Assembly: GCA_963825905.1 (NCBI GenBank)
Contig: CAWGUL010000005.1
Coordinates: 25,751 to 89,750 of the forward strand
DNA length: 64,000 nt
Origin: an uncultured Chloroflexia bacterium
GTDB taxonomy: Bacteria > Chloroflexota > Limnocylindria > QHBO01
Direction: 5' to 3'
Positions 37,653 through 46,485 of the stretch are shown one piece after another. The stretch's first letter is position 1. Every line of letters starts with the position of its first letter. The translations under genes and the position numbers were made by a program. The notes below the pieces were generated by a model. That model did no database searches and had not been told where the DNA came from. It worked only from the letters and a program-made list of their open reading frames with translations.

Positions 37653-38515
37653 GGCGCCGCCGGCGCCGGGCGCTGTGCCCGCCGCTGGGCCCAGACCTGG
37701 ATGGCGATGAAGATGAAGGCGGTCACGAAGATCAGGGTGCCGAGCACGTTGACCTCCGGCGGGACGCCGAGGCGGCTCACGCCGAAGACCCAGAGCGGGA
37801 AGGTGCGGGTCGAGCCGGAGACGAACGAGGTGATGACGTAGTCGTCGATCGACAGCGCGAAAGCGAGCAGCGCGCCGGCGAGGATGCCCGGGAAGATCAG
37901 CGGGAAGGTCACCTTGCGGAACGTCGTCCACTCGTTGGCGCCGAGGTCCATCGCCGCCTCCTCGAGCGTTCGGTTGAAGCCGGCGAGGCGGGCCCGGAGG
38001 GTGACGACGACGTAGCTGATGTTGAACATGACGTGCGCGATCGTGATCGTCACGATGTCGCGCTGAACGCCGACCGTCACCCACAGCGACAGGAGCGAGG
38101 CGCCGAGGATGATCTCCGGCGTCGCCATCGGCAGGAAGATCAGCATGTTCAGCGCGCCACGGCCCTTGAACTGGTAACGCGTCAGGGCCATCGCGATGAG
38201 CGTGCCGATGGTGGTGGCGATGACCGTCGACACGACGGCCACGATGAGGCTGGTCACCATCGGTCCCGTGACATCGGGCCGGTTCCAGATGTCGAGGTAG
38301 TTGTTGAACGTGAAGCCCTGCCAGGTGATGTTCTGGCGGCCCCGGGGGTCGTTGAACGAGAACGCGATCATCACCGCGATCGGCAGGAAGAGGTAGAGCA
38401 CGGTCAGGGCGGTGAAGACCGGCAGGATGAGCCGCGCCAGGCGCTCGCGCAGCGGGCGGACGTGGACGTCCGGCGGCCGAGCCGCGTCGGTCCGGGCGAC
38501 GGCGCCGGCGGTCAC
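37649..38515 (-). CDS. potC: spermidine/putrescine-type ABC transporter permease (PotC-like)
   Basis: Six-TM binding-protein-dependent permease with EAA-type loop LEEAAMDLGANEWTTFRKVTFPL. Confidence 0.8.
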   Translation of the reverse strand: MTAGAVARTDAARPPDVHVRPLRERLARLILPVFTALTVLYLFLPIAVMIAFSFNDPRGRQNITWQGFTFNNYLDIWNRPDVTGPMVTSLIVAVVSTVIATTIGTLIAMALTRYQFKGRGALNMLIFLPMATPEIILGASLLSLWVTVGVQRDIVTITIAHVMFNISYVVVTLRARLAGFNRTLEEAAMDLGANEWTTFRKVTFPLIFPGILAGALLAFALSIDDYVITSFVSGSTRTFPLWVFGVSRLGVPPEVNVLGTLIFVTAFIFIAIQVWAQRRAQRPAPAAP

Positions 38516-39363
38516 GAGGTGAGCTCCTCGCTGCCGACCACCCGGGCGTAGGCGAGCACCATCACGAGGATGGCGGCGATGAGCACGAAGCTCAGCGCGG
38601 CCGCCCGCGGGTAGTCGTTCGTCTGGAGAAAGAGGCGCTGGATGATGTTGCCGATCATCGTCGTGTCGCGGCTGCCGAGGATCTGGGCGTTGATGAAGTC
38701 GCCGACTGCGGGGATGAAGGTCAGCAGCGAGCCGGCGAACACGCCCGGCATCGAGAGCGGCAGCGTGACGCGCCGAAACGCCTCGCGGCGGCTGGCGTAG
38801 AGATCGGTCGCCGCCTCGACGAGCCGCGGGTCGACCTTCTCGATCGCCACGTACAGCGGCAGGACCATGAAGGGCAGGAAGTTGTAGGTGAGGCCGCTGA
38901 TGACCGCCACCGCCTCACCGATGAGCTGGAACCCGGGGTCGAGCAGGTGCCACGACTTCAGGGTGCCGAGCACCACCCCGTTGTCGGCCAGGATCAGCTT
39001 CCACGACAGGGTGCGGATGAGAAAGCTCGTGAAGAACGGCAGGATCACGAGCAGCAGGAGCAGGTTCTTGTAGCGGCCGCCGCGGAACGCGATCGTGTAG
39101 GCCATCGGGTAGCCGATCGCCAGGGTCAGGGCGGTGACGATCAGCGCGTAGATGACCGAGCGCACCATCTGCGGCCACGCCTGCGCGATCGCCTCCGGGA
39201 AGATGCCGAAGTTCCATGTCATCGCGTAGCCGGTGTCGAGCGAGCCCTGCTGCAGGCTCACCGACACCATGATGATCATGGGGACCAGGAAGAAGGCGAG
39301 CAGCCACAGCCCGCCGGGCAGCAGGAACAGGTAGGGGACGAGCCAGCCGAAGCGCCGTCGCAC
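38512..39363 (-). CDS. potB: spermidine/putrescine-type ABC transporter permease (PotB-like)
   Basis: EAA-type loop LVEAATDLYASRREAFRRVTLPL. 4-nt overlap with the next gene. Confidence 0.8.
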   Translation of the reverse strand: MRRRFGWLVPYLFLLPGGLWLLAFFLVPMIIMVSVSLQQGSLDTGYAMTWNFGIFPEAIAQAWPQMVRSVIYALIVTALTLAIGYPMAYTIAFRGGRYKNLLLLLVILPFFTSFLIRTLSWKLILADNGVVLGTLKSWHLLDPGFQLIGEAVAVISGLTYNFLPFMVLPLYVAIEKVDPRLVEAATDLYASRREAFRRVTLPLSMPGVFAGSLLTFIPAVGDFINAQILGSRDTTMIGNIIQRLFLQTNDYPRAAALSFVLIAAILVMVLAYARVVGSEELTS

Positions 39364-39407
39364 CGTGCGAGTCCTCCTGGCAGTCCGCGGCCGGTCGCGT
39401 CAGCCGC

Positions 39408-40730
39408 TCAGCCCTGCACCACCTGGTTGAAGAGCTCGTTCCAGACCCGCTCGTCGGCCTCGTTCAGCTGCTTGTAGGTGTAGGCATTGGCGAGCTGGGC
39501 TTCGGTCGGAAACGCGGTCTCGGAGACCACCGTGAGGGCGTTCGCGGTCTCGGTGTCGCCGTCCGCCTTCGCCTTGTCGGCGTCGGCCTTCACCTGTTCG
39601 GCTACGCCCTTCACCGGCGAGAAGTAGCCGATGTACTCGGTGAGCGGCACCGCGTTCTCGAGCTTGTACCAGAAGTCCATCATCAGGTGCGCGTCCAGCG
39701 GGTGGGCCGCCTTCTTCGGGATGCACATGTTGTCCACCCACAGCATCCCGCCCTCCTTCGGGATGACGAACTCGACGTCGGAGTTGTCGTAGAGCTTCAT
39801 CTGGCTCACGTCGCCGGACCACGCGATGGTGAGGGCGAGGTTCTCGCCGCTGAGCAGGTCGTAGTAGTCGTTGCCGTAGAAGCCCTGGAACTGCTTGCGG
39901 TTCGCGGCCTCGAGGAGCTTCTCCTGCGCCCGCTTGGCGTCGTCGTTGGTGGCGTCGGCCGGCTTCACGCCCAGGCTCAGCAGCGCCAGGCTCATCGTGT
40001 CGCGCATCTCGCTGAACATCCCGACCTGGCCCTTGAACGCGGGGTCGAGGAGGTCGTCGAAGCTCGTGATCTCCGGCTTCGCCGGGCGGAGCTGAGCGAC
40101 GAGCTTCTTGTTCCAGCCAATGCCGGTGATGCCCGACTGCCACGCCATGCTGTAGACGTTGCCCGGGTCGTACCACGGGTCCTTGTACAGGTCCTGCCCG
40201 TTGGCGGCGAAGCTCGGGATGCGGCCCTTGTCGAGCGGCTCCAGGTATCCGAGCCGGATCATGCGCTCGATCATCCAGTCGGTCAGGACGATGAGGTCGT
40301 ACTGGGTCGGGTTGCCCTGCGACAGGTCCGGCTGGATCTTGCCGAAGAACTCCTCGTTGTCGTTGACGTCCTCGTTGTAGTTGACGGTGATGTGCGTCTC
40401 GGACTCGAACTTCTTGATCGTCGGGTAGTCGCCGGTGGTGTCGTCGATGTCGATGTAGGCGGGCCAGTTCGCCCAGTTCAGCGTGCCGGCGGGCGACGAC
40501 GGCAGCGGCATCGGCGTGACGGCGGCGCTGCCGCTGGCGCTGGCACCCGTGCTCGACGAGGGCTTGATGCCGCACGCGGCAAGGATGGCCGGCAGCGACA
40601 GCGCCGACGCGGTGAGGAGCCCACCCTTGCCCGCCTGCCGCAGGAAGCGTCGACGGCTGATCCTCCCCTGTGCCAGGGCGCGGGCGATGGCGCGCTCGAG
40701 CTCCGACTGGTCGTCCCGGGGGTCAGGCAT
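39408..40730 (-). CDS. potD: polyamine-type ABC transporter substrate-binding lipoprotein (PotD/PotF-like) with Tat-like signal
   Basis: SRRRFLRQAGKGG twin-arginine motif and lipobox-like LAACG. 440-aa periplasmic-binding-protein-like body. Confidence 0.75.
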   Translation of the reverse strand: MPDPRDDQSELERAIARALAQGRISRRRFLRQAGKGGLLTASALSLPAILAACGIKPSSSTGASASGSAAVTPMPLPSSPAGTLNWANWPAYIDIDDTTGDYPTIKKFESETHITVNYNEDVNDNEEFFGKIQPDLSQGNPTQYDLIVLTDWMIERMIRLGYLEPLDKGRIPSFAANGQDLYKDPWYDPGNVYSMAWQSGITGIGWNKKLVAQLRPAKPEITSFDDLLDPAFKGQVGMFSEMRDTMSLALLSLGVKPADATNDDAKRAQEKLLEAANRKQFQGFYGNDYYDLLSGENLALTIAWSGDVSQMKLYDNSDVEFVIPKEGGMLWVDNMCIPKKAAHPLDAHLMMDFWYKLENAVPLTEYIGYFSPVKGVAEQVKADADKAKADGDTETANALTVVSETAFPTEAQLANAYTYKQLNEADERVWNELFNQVVQG

Positions 40731-41868
40731 CCGAGTCTCCTTGCTGCTGATCGTCGATCGGACCTGGACCGATGACGAAGGTGTGCTCGGGACGCCACGT
40801 GAGGCGCACCCGCTGGCCGTCGGCGAGCGCCTCCGCGGCGCCGCTCGTCTCGATGTTCTGGGCGTAGACGGTGAGCTTCTGGCCGGTCGCGGTCTCGACG
40901 AGGTACTGCGTGCTCACGCCGATGTAGCTCGCGTCCAGGATCGTGCCGTCGAGCGCGTTGAGGCCGTCGTCGGCGGCTGCCGCGTTCTCGCCGACGGCGA
41001 GGACACGCAGCTTCTCGGGCCGGATGCCGACGCGCACCGTCCTGCTGCCGTTCACCGATCCCGACGGTGCGCGGAGCGTGGTCCCGTCGGGGAGCCGGAT
41101 GGCCGCCAGGCGGTCGCCGCGCTCGGTCACCTCGCCGTCGAGGAGGTTGCTGACGCCGAGGAAGCCGGCCACGAAATCGGTCTTCGGGCGCTCGTAGAGC
41201 TCCTCGGGCGGGCCAAGCTGCTCGATCCGTCCCGCGCGCATGACGGCGATGCGGTCCGACATCGTCATCGCCTCCTCCTGGTCGTGGGTCACGTAGATGA
41301 ACGTGATCCCGACCTCGGTCTGGATCCGCTTCAGCTCGATCTGCATCTGCTTGCGCAGCTTCAGGTCGAGCGCGCCGAGCGGCTCGTCGAGGAGGAGGAC
41401 CCTGGGGTGGTTGATGAGGGCGCGGGCCAGGGCCACGCGCTGCTGCTGTCCGCCGGAGAGCTGGTTCGGCTTGCGGCGCTCGTAGCCCGGCAGCTCGACG
41501 AGCTCGAGCATGCTCGCCACCTGGCTGCGGATCTCGCCGTCCGGCACACTCCGGCGTCGGAGGCCGAACGCGACGTTCTCGTAGATCGTGAGGTGCGGGA
41601 AGAGGGCGTAGTTCTGGAAGACGGTGTTCACGTCGCGCTTGAACGGCGGCAGGTCCGTGACGTCAGCGTCGCCCAGGTAGATCGTGCCCGCCGTCGTCTC
41701 CTCGAAGCCGCCGATCATGCGCAGGGTCGTCGTCTTCCCGCAGCCGGACGGGCCGAGCATGCTGAAGAACTCCCCACGCTCGATCTCCAGCGAGAGGTCG
41801 TCGACGGCGACGACCTCGTGGCCGAACTGCTTGGTGACCCGATCGAGCCGTACGTCCGGCTGTGGCAC
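40723..41868 (-). CDS. potA: spermidine/putrescine-type ABC transporter ATP-binding protein (PotA-like)
   Basis: [37 protein letters not shown]-terminal TOBE-like domain. GTG start at 41868. Confidence 0.85.
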   Translation of the reverse strand: MPQPDVRLDRVTKQFGHEVVAVDDLSLEIERGEFFSMLGPSGCGKTTTLRMIGGFEETTAGTIYLGDADVTDLPPFKRDVNTVFQNYALFPHLTIYENVAFGLRRRSVPDGEIRSQVASMLELVELPGYERRKPNQLSGGQQQRVALARALINHPRVLLLDEPLGALDLKLRKQMQIELKRIQTEVGITFIYVTHDQEEAMTMSDRIAVMRAGRIEQLGPPEELYERPKTDFVAGFLGVSNLLDGEVTERGDRLAAIRLPDGTTLRAPSGSVNGSRTVRVGIRPEKLRVLAVGENAAAADDGLNALDGTILDASYIGVSTQYLVETATGQKLTVYAQNIETSGAAEALADGQRVRLTWRPEHTFVIGPGPIDDQQQGDSDA

Positions 41869-41931
41869 CTATCCGAGCCCTCGTGGGAGGCGCAACCTTG
41901 CCGTCGTGCGACAGGGTTCGAGCGTCGCCGG

Positions 41932-41960
41932 AGTATCCGCCCGCCCGTTGCGGGTGTCAA
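41932..41960 (-). promoter_or_regulatory. candidate sigma-70-type promoter for the pot operon (TTGACA-17 nt-GATACT)
   Basis: On the minus strand: TTGACA (41960-41955), 17-nt spacer, GATACT (41937-41932), about 60 nt upstream of GTG 41868. Confidence 0.4.
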
Positions 41961-42237
41961 CGCGATTTCGACGCGCGGCATGCAACGGAATCGGTGGCCG
42001 GCGCGTCATCTTCTGCACCGATGGCAAAGCCGAATCACGCGAAGCGAACTCGACCCCGACCGGCGCCCGTGCGCCGGCATCGGTCCTCCGTCGTGCGGGG
42101 CGAGGAGCAGCGCGTCCGACGCGAGCTGGAGCGCTGGCGCCGCGGCAAATGACGGCGCGGCGGCTCGGATGAGGGACGGGTAGACTCACCGTCTCCCGAG
42201 GCATCACCGAATCCGCAGCCGAGGCCCGCGAACCCCG

Positions 42238-43389
42238 ATGGACTTTGCCCTCTCCTCCCAGCACGAGGCGATCCGCAGCACGGTGCGCGACTTCGCCGAG
42301 CGGCGGATCCGGCCGGTTGCCGACGAGCTCGAGCGCAAGGGCGAGTTCCCGATGGAGATCATCCGCGAGGCGGCGGGGCTCGGCCTGCTGGGCGTCCCGT
42401 ATCCCGAGGAGATCGGCGGCACCGGGCTCGACAGCCTCGCCTATGCGATCACCGTCGAGGAGCTGTCGCGCGTGAGCGGCAGCGTGGGGATCATCGTCAG
42501 CGCCCACACCTCCCTCGGCTGCAATCCGCTCTGGATCGCCGGCACGGACGAGCAGAAGGAGCGCTACCTGCGTCCGATGGCCTCCGGCAAGGTGATCGGT
42601 GCCTACGGCCTGACCGAGCCGGGGGCCGGGAGCGACTCGCGCGGCACGCGGACGCGGGCGCACCGGGACGGCGACGCCTGGGTGCTCAACGGCGGCAAGC
42701 GCTTCATCACGAACGCCGGCGTGGCGGGGACCTACATCATCACCGCGGTCACCGATCGCGAGGAGAACTCCGGGAAGATCAGCGCCTTCATCGTCGAGGC
42801 CGATGCGCCCGGCTTCTCGATCGGTCGCATGGAGGAGAAGATGGGCCTGCACGCCAGCAACACCGGCGAGCTCATCTTCACCGACTGCCGCGTGCCGGCC
42901 GAGAACATGCTCGGCCCCGAAGGGGAGGGCGACAAGCTCTTCCTCAAGACGCTCGACGGCGGACGCATCGGGATCGCCGCCATGGCACTCGGCCTGGCGC
43001 AGGCAGCCTACGAGGCGGCGGCGGCCTATGCGAAGGAGCGCCACCAGTTCGGCAGGGCGATCGCGGAGTTCCAGGGCGTCGCCTTCATGATCGCCGACAT
43101 GGCGGTCAAGATCGACGCGGCGCGCCTCCTGACCTACCGCGCCGCGTGGCTGAAGGACTGCGGCAAGCCGTATACGACGGAAGCGGCGATGGCGAAGCTG
43201 TTCGCCAGCGAGGCGGCCCGCGACGTCACCAACGACGCGATCCAGGTCCACGGCGGCTACGGCTACGTGACCGAGTATCACGTCGAGCGCTACCTGCGCG
43301 ACGCGAAGCTCACCGAGATCGGGGAGGGGACGAGCCAGATCCAGCGCATGGTCATCGCCCGCAACCTGCTCGGCGTCCGCGCGATGTAG
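42238..43389 (+). CDS. acyl-CoA dehydrogenase (short/medium-chain type)
   Basis: YGLTEPGAGSD, QIHGGYGY, EIGEGTSQIQRMVIAR. Intact 383-aa ORF. Confidence 0.9.
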   Translation: MDFALSSQHEAIRSTVRDFAERRIRPVADELERKGEFPMEIIREAAGLGLLGVPYPEEIGGTGLDSLAYAITVEELSRVSGSVGIIVSAHTSLGCNPLWIAGTDEQKERYLRPMASGKVIGAYGLTEPGAGSDSRGTRTRAHRDGDAWVLNGGKRFITNAGVAGTYIITAVTDREENSGKISAFIVEADAPGFSIGRMEEKMGLHASNTGELIFTDCRVPAENMLGPEGEGDKLFLKTLDGGRIGIAAMALGLAQAAYEAAAAYAKERHQFGRAIAEFQGVAFMIADMAVKIDAARLLTYRAAWLKDCGKPYTTEAAMAKLFASEAARDVTNDAIQVHGGYGYVTEYHVERYLRDAKLTEIGEGTSQIQRMVIARNLLGVRAM

Positions 43390-43456
43390 CCGCTACCCTT
43401 GCCGCGCCGTGGTCGCCCAACGAGCGACAAGTCGATTGACGAGGAGTGCCCCGCCC

Positions 43457-44047
43457 ATGAGCCGCCGCATCGAGGAGCTGGACGCGATCGTCCGGCAGTT
43501 CGACCTGAATGCCCATCCCTTCTACGTCGCCTGGCGCGCCGGCGAGCTGCCGATCGAGCGGCTCCGCGAGTACGCGACCGAGTGGGCGCCGTTCATCGCC
43601 GCCCTCGACCGCGGCTGGGATCGGATCGGGGAGCCGTCCTATGCGGCCGAGGAGCGCGCCCACGACATCCTGTGGTCGGCGTTCCGCGCGTCGCTCGGCT
43701 CGAGCGGTGAGATGACGCGACCGCAGAGCGCCACGCTCGTCGCGGTCGGCGACAACGCCTTCGCCGCGGTGCCGGAGGCGCTGGGCGCGCTCTACAGCTT
43801 CGAGGTCCAGCAGCCGGCAACCGCGCAGAGCAAGCTCGCCGGGCTGCGCGAGCACTACGCGGGCACGGTCGACGAGGCCGGTCAGGCGTACTTCGTGGAG
43901 CACGCGATCGAGACCGATGAGCCGGCGATGCTGGCGGCGAAGATCGACGCGCTCTCCGACGACGAGTACGCCCGCACGAAGACCGCGTGTGCGGTCTTCA
44001 GCGCGGCGGCGTGGGGTGCCCTGGACGGGGTCTACTACACCGATTGA
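43457..44047 (+). CDS. heme-oxygenase-like fold protein (TenA/PqqC/iron-containing redox enzyme family)
   Basis: HPFYVAWRAGELPIERLREYATEWAPFI... GAGGAG Shine-Dalgarno 10 nt upstream of ATG 43457. Confidence 0.55.
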   Translation: MSRRIEELDAIVRQFDLNAHPFYVAWRAGELPIERLREYATEWAPFIAALDRGWDRIGEPSYAAEERAHDILWSAFRASLGSSGEMTRPQSATLVAVGDNAFAAVPEALGALYSFEVQQPATAQSKLAGLREHYAGTVDEAGQAYFVEHAIETDEPAMLAAKIDALSDDEYARTKTACAVFSAAAWGALDGVYYTD

Positions 44048-44065
44048 CTGGTCGACCGGCGCCCG

Positions 44066-44452
44066 TCAGCGCCGGTTGCTGAACTCGACCGACCAGCGCC
44101 AGGCGGATCCGTCCTCGGCGTTCCACCAGGTGGTGAGGACACCCGCCTCGCCGCCGGGCAGGATGACGATCGCGCCGAGGTCGTCCTGCGTCGGCCAGCG
44201 GTCCTCGCGGGTGAGCTGCTCCCCGTCGATGGCGAATCGGGTCATCGGCTTGTAGCGGCCCGCGCGGGTCAGCCCTTCGCCGCGCGCGATGGCGCGATCG
44301 TCGCCCTGTCGCACGAGCACGGAGACCTGGCGCGGCATCGAGTGCACCCACGCGGCCTCGACCGGGTCGATGCGGGCGCGCGCGATCGGGATGCCGGTCG
44401 CGCCGCTGCCGGGGTACCAGACCTCCCAGGTCTGCAGCTCGTCGAAGCTCAT
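44066..44452 (-). CDS. hypothetical protein (128 aa, no family recognised)
   Basis: MSFDELQTWEVWYPGSGATGIPIARARIDPVEAAWVH... ATGA overlap with the acetoacetyl-CoA synthetase stop at 44449-44452. Confidence 0.55.
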   Translation of the reverse strand: MSFDELQTWEVWYPGSGATGIPIARARIDPVEAAWVHSMPRQVSVLVRQGDDRAIARGEGLTRAGRYKPMTRFAIDGEQLTREDRWPTQDDLGAIVILPGGEAGVLTTWWNAEDGSAWRWSVEFSNRR

Positions 44453-46437
44453 CGGTCCTCCTCCGGTGGTCGTCCATCGTGCGCCCGCGCGACGAACGCG
44501 TCGAGCGCGGTCGGGTCGGCGAGAGAGCCGCGTGAGGCGGCGGCGTCGGCGGGCGTCCCGGTGAGGATGCGCTTCACCGGCACCTCGAGCTTCTTGCCGG
44601 ACAGCGTGCGCGGGATCGCCGGGACGGCGACGATCTCGTCCGGCACGTGGCGCGGCGACAGGGAGCGGCGCAGCTCCCCGGTGATGCGGCCGCGGAGCGC
44701 ATCGGTCAAGGGCGCACCGTCTCGGAGCGCGACGAAGAGGACGAGGTGGTCCTCGTCCTCGAGGTGCACGACGAGCGAGTCCGCGATCTCCGGCAGCCCC
44801 TCCACCACGGCGTAGAACTCGGCCGTCCCGATCCGTACCCCGCCGCGGTTCAGCGTGGCGTCGGAGCGGCCGCTGATCACGCACGAGCCGCGCTCGGTGA
44901 ACGTGATCCAGTCACCGTGGCGCCACGTGCCGGGAAACTCATTGAAGTACGCAGCCCGATAGCGCGCGCCGTCGGGGTCGTTCCAGAACGCGACCGGCAT
45001 CGAGGGCATCGGCGCGCCGATGACGAGCTCGCCCTGCTCGCCGATGAGCGGGCGGCCATCCGGGGAGAACGCCTCGACCGCGCAGCCGAGGTGGCGGCAG
45101 CTGATCTCGCCCTCCCAGACGGGGGTGAGGGGCGAGGCGCCGACGAAGGCCGTGCAGACATCGGTGCCGCCGGAGACGGACTGGAGATGGACCGATGGCG
45201 AGATCGCCTCGTACACGTACCGGAAGCCCTCCGCCGGCAGCGGCGCGCCGGTCGACCCGATCCCGCGCAGTTCCCCGAGGTCGGCGAGCTCGCCGGGCCG
45301 CAGCCCATCCTTGCGGCACGCCATGAGGTACGGGGCGCTCGTGCCGAAGAACGTCATTCGCTCCTCGCCCGCCAGACGCCACAAGGCGCCGAGGTCCGGC
45401 CACGCCGGCGACCCGTCGTAGAGCACGATCGTGGCGTCGACGAGGAGCCCCGACACGAGGTAGTTCCACATCATCCAGCCGGTCGTGCTGTACCAGAAGA
45501 AGCGGTCCGCCGGTCCGAGGTCGTGGTGGAGGGCGTGGATCTTGAGGTGCTCGAGCAGGATCCCGCCGTGGCCGTGGACGATCGGCTTCGGCAGCCCGGT
45601 CGTTCCCGACGAGTAGAGGATGTAGAGCGGGTGGTCGAACGGCACCTGCTCGAAGGTGAGCGCGCCGCCGCCATCGGTCCCGAACGCGTCGTCCCAGGCG
45701 AGCGTCCCGTCCTGGACGCGTGACCCGTCGGGGTGGAGGTACGGGAGCACGACGGTTGCCGCGAGGCTCGGCAGCGCGGCGCGGATGGCGGCCACCTCAT
45801 CGGTCCGGTCGACGGACCGGTCGCCGTACCGATAGCCGTCGATGGTGAGGAGCACCTTCGGATCGATCTGGCTGAACCGATCCACCACGCTCCGGGTGCC
45901 AAACTCCGGCGCGCAGCTGGACCAGATGGCACCGATGCTCGCCGTCGCCAGGAGCGCGACCACGGCTTCCGGCACGTTCGGGAGATAGGCAGCGACGCGG
46001 TCGCCGCGCGTCACCCCGAGGCGCGCGAGGCCCGCGCGGGTGCGGGCGACCGCCGCGCGCAGCTCGCGCCTGGTGAGCGTGCGCCGCTCGCGCGTCTGGG
46101 CGTGAGCGACGACGACGACATCCTCGTCGGCGCGCTGGACGAGGCGCAGGGCGTGCTCCGCCCAGTTGAGGCGCGCCCCGGGAAACCAGCGCGCCCCTGG
46201 CATCGTGACCTCGGCCAGCGCCGGTCCCGTATCCGTCGACGAATGAACGTCGAAGTGCTCCCACACCGACTGCCAGAACGGACCGATCTCGGCGGTCGAC
46301 CAGGCGAGCAGGGCGTCGTAGTCCGCAAACGCGAGGCCGCGCTCCCGCTCGAGCCACGCGAGATACGCGCCCAGCCGCGTCGTGGCGCGCGCGTCCGGTG
46401 CTGGCCGCCACAGGACCGGCGGCGTCGGGGCGGGCAT
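44449..46437 (-). CDS. acetoacetate-CoA ligase (acetoacetyl-CoA synthetase)
   Basis: 662 aa from ATG 46437. AMP-binding motif YSSGTTGLPKPIVHGHGG, WRHGDWI, SGRSDATLNRGGVRIGTAE, SGKKLEVPVKRIL. The 1543-aa listed ORF is upstream read-through. Confidence 0.9.
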   Translation of the reverse strand: MPAPTPPVLWRPAPDARATTRLGAYLAWLERERGLAFADYDALLAWSTAEIGPFWQSVWEHFDVHSSTDTGPALAEVTMPGARWFPGARLNWAEHALRLVQRADEDVVVVAHAQTRERRTLTRRELRAAVARTRAGLARLGVTRGDRVAAYLPNVPEAVVALLATASIGAIWSSCAPEFGTRSVVDRFSQIDPKVLLTIDGYRYGDRSVDRTDEVAAIRAALPSLAATVVLPYLHPDGSRVQDGTLAWDDAFGTDGGGALTFEQVPFDHPLYILYSSGTTGLPKPIVHGHGGILLEHLKIHALHHDLGPADRFFWYSTTGWMMWNYLVSGLLVDATIVLYDGSPAWPDLGALWRLAGEERMTFFGTSAPYLMACRKDGLRPGELADLGELRGIGSTGAPLPAEGFRYVYEAISPSVHLQSVSGGTDVCTAFVGASPLTPVWEGEISCRHLGCAVEAFSPDGRPLIGEQGELVIGAPMPSMPVAFWNDPDGARYRAAYFNEFPGTWRHGDWITFTERGSCVISGRSDATLNRGGVRIGTAEFYAVVEGLPEIADSLVVHLEDEDHLVLFVALRDGAPLTDALRGRITGELRRSLSPRHVPDEIVAVPAIPRTLSGKKLEVPVKRILTGTPADAAASRGSLADPTALDAFVARAHDGRPPEEDR

Positions 46438-46469
46438 CGCCCGATGATGCCACGCGTCCGGGGCGGCGG

Positions 46470-46475
46470 TATCCT
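46470..46475 (+). promoter_or_regulatory. -10 box (TATCCT) of a possible leaderless/short-leader promoter
   Basis: 10 nt upstream of ATG 46486, in a 48-nt divergent intergenic region. Confidence 0.25.
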
Positions 46476-46485
46476 CGGCCACACC

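Noticed and set aside
35604-38084. 826-aa ORF suggesting a regulator-aminotransferase fusion.
   Set aside because: It concatenates out-of-frame PotC-like sequence, the regulator (up to the frame break at about 37025) and the aminotransferase. The cupin domain finishes in another frame with its own stop at 36887, and the aminotransferase has its own ATG at 36914.
41862-42152. 96-aa + strand ORF in the 370-nt pot/acyl-CoA dehydrogenase intergenic region; possible riboswitch or sRNA there.
   Set aside because: The ORF is Arg-rich with no motif or ribosome-binding site. I could not recognise any known riboswitch consensus. The region is better explained as divergent promoter space, with TTGACA-17-GATACT for the pot operon.
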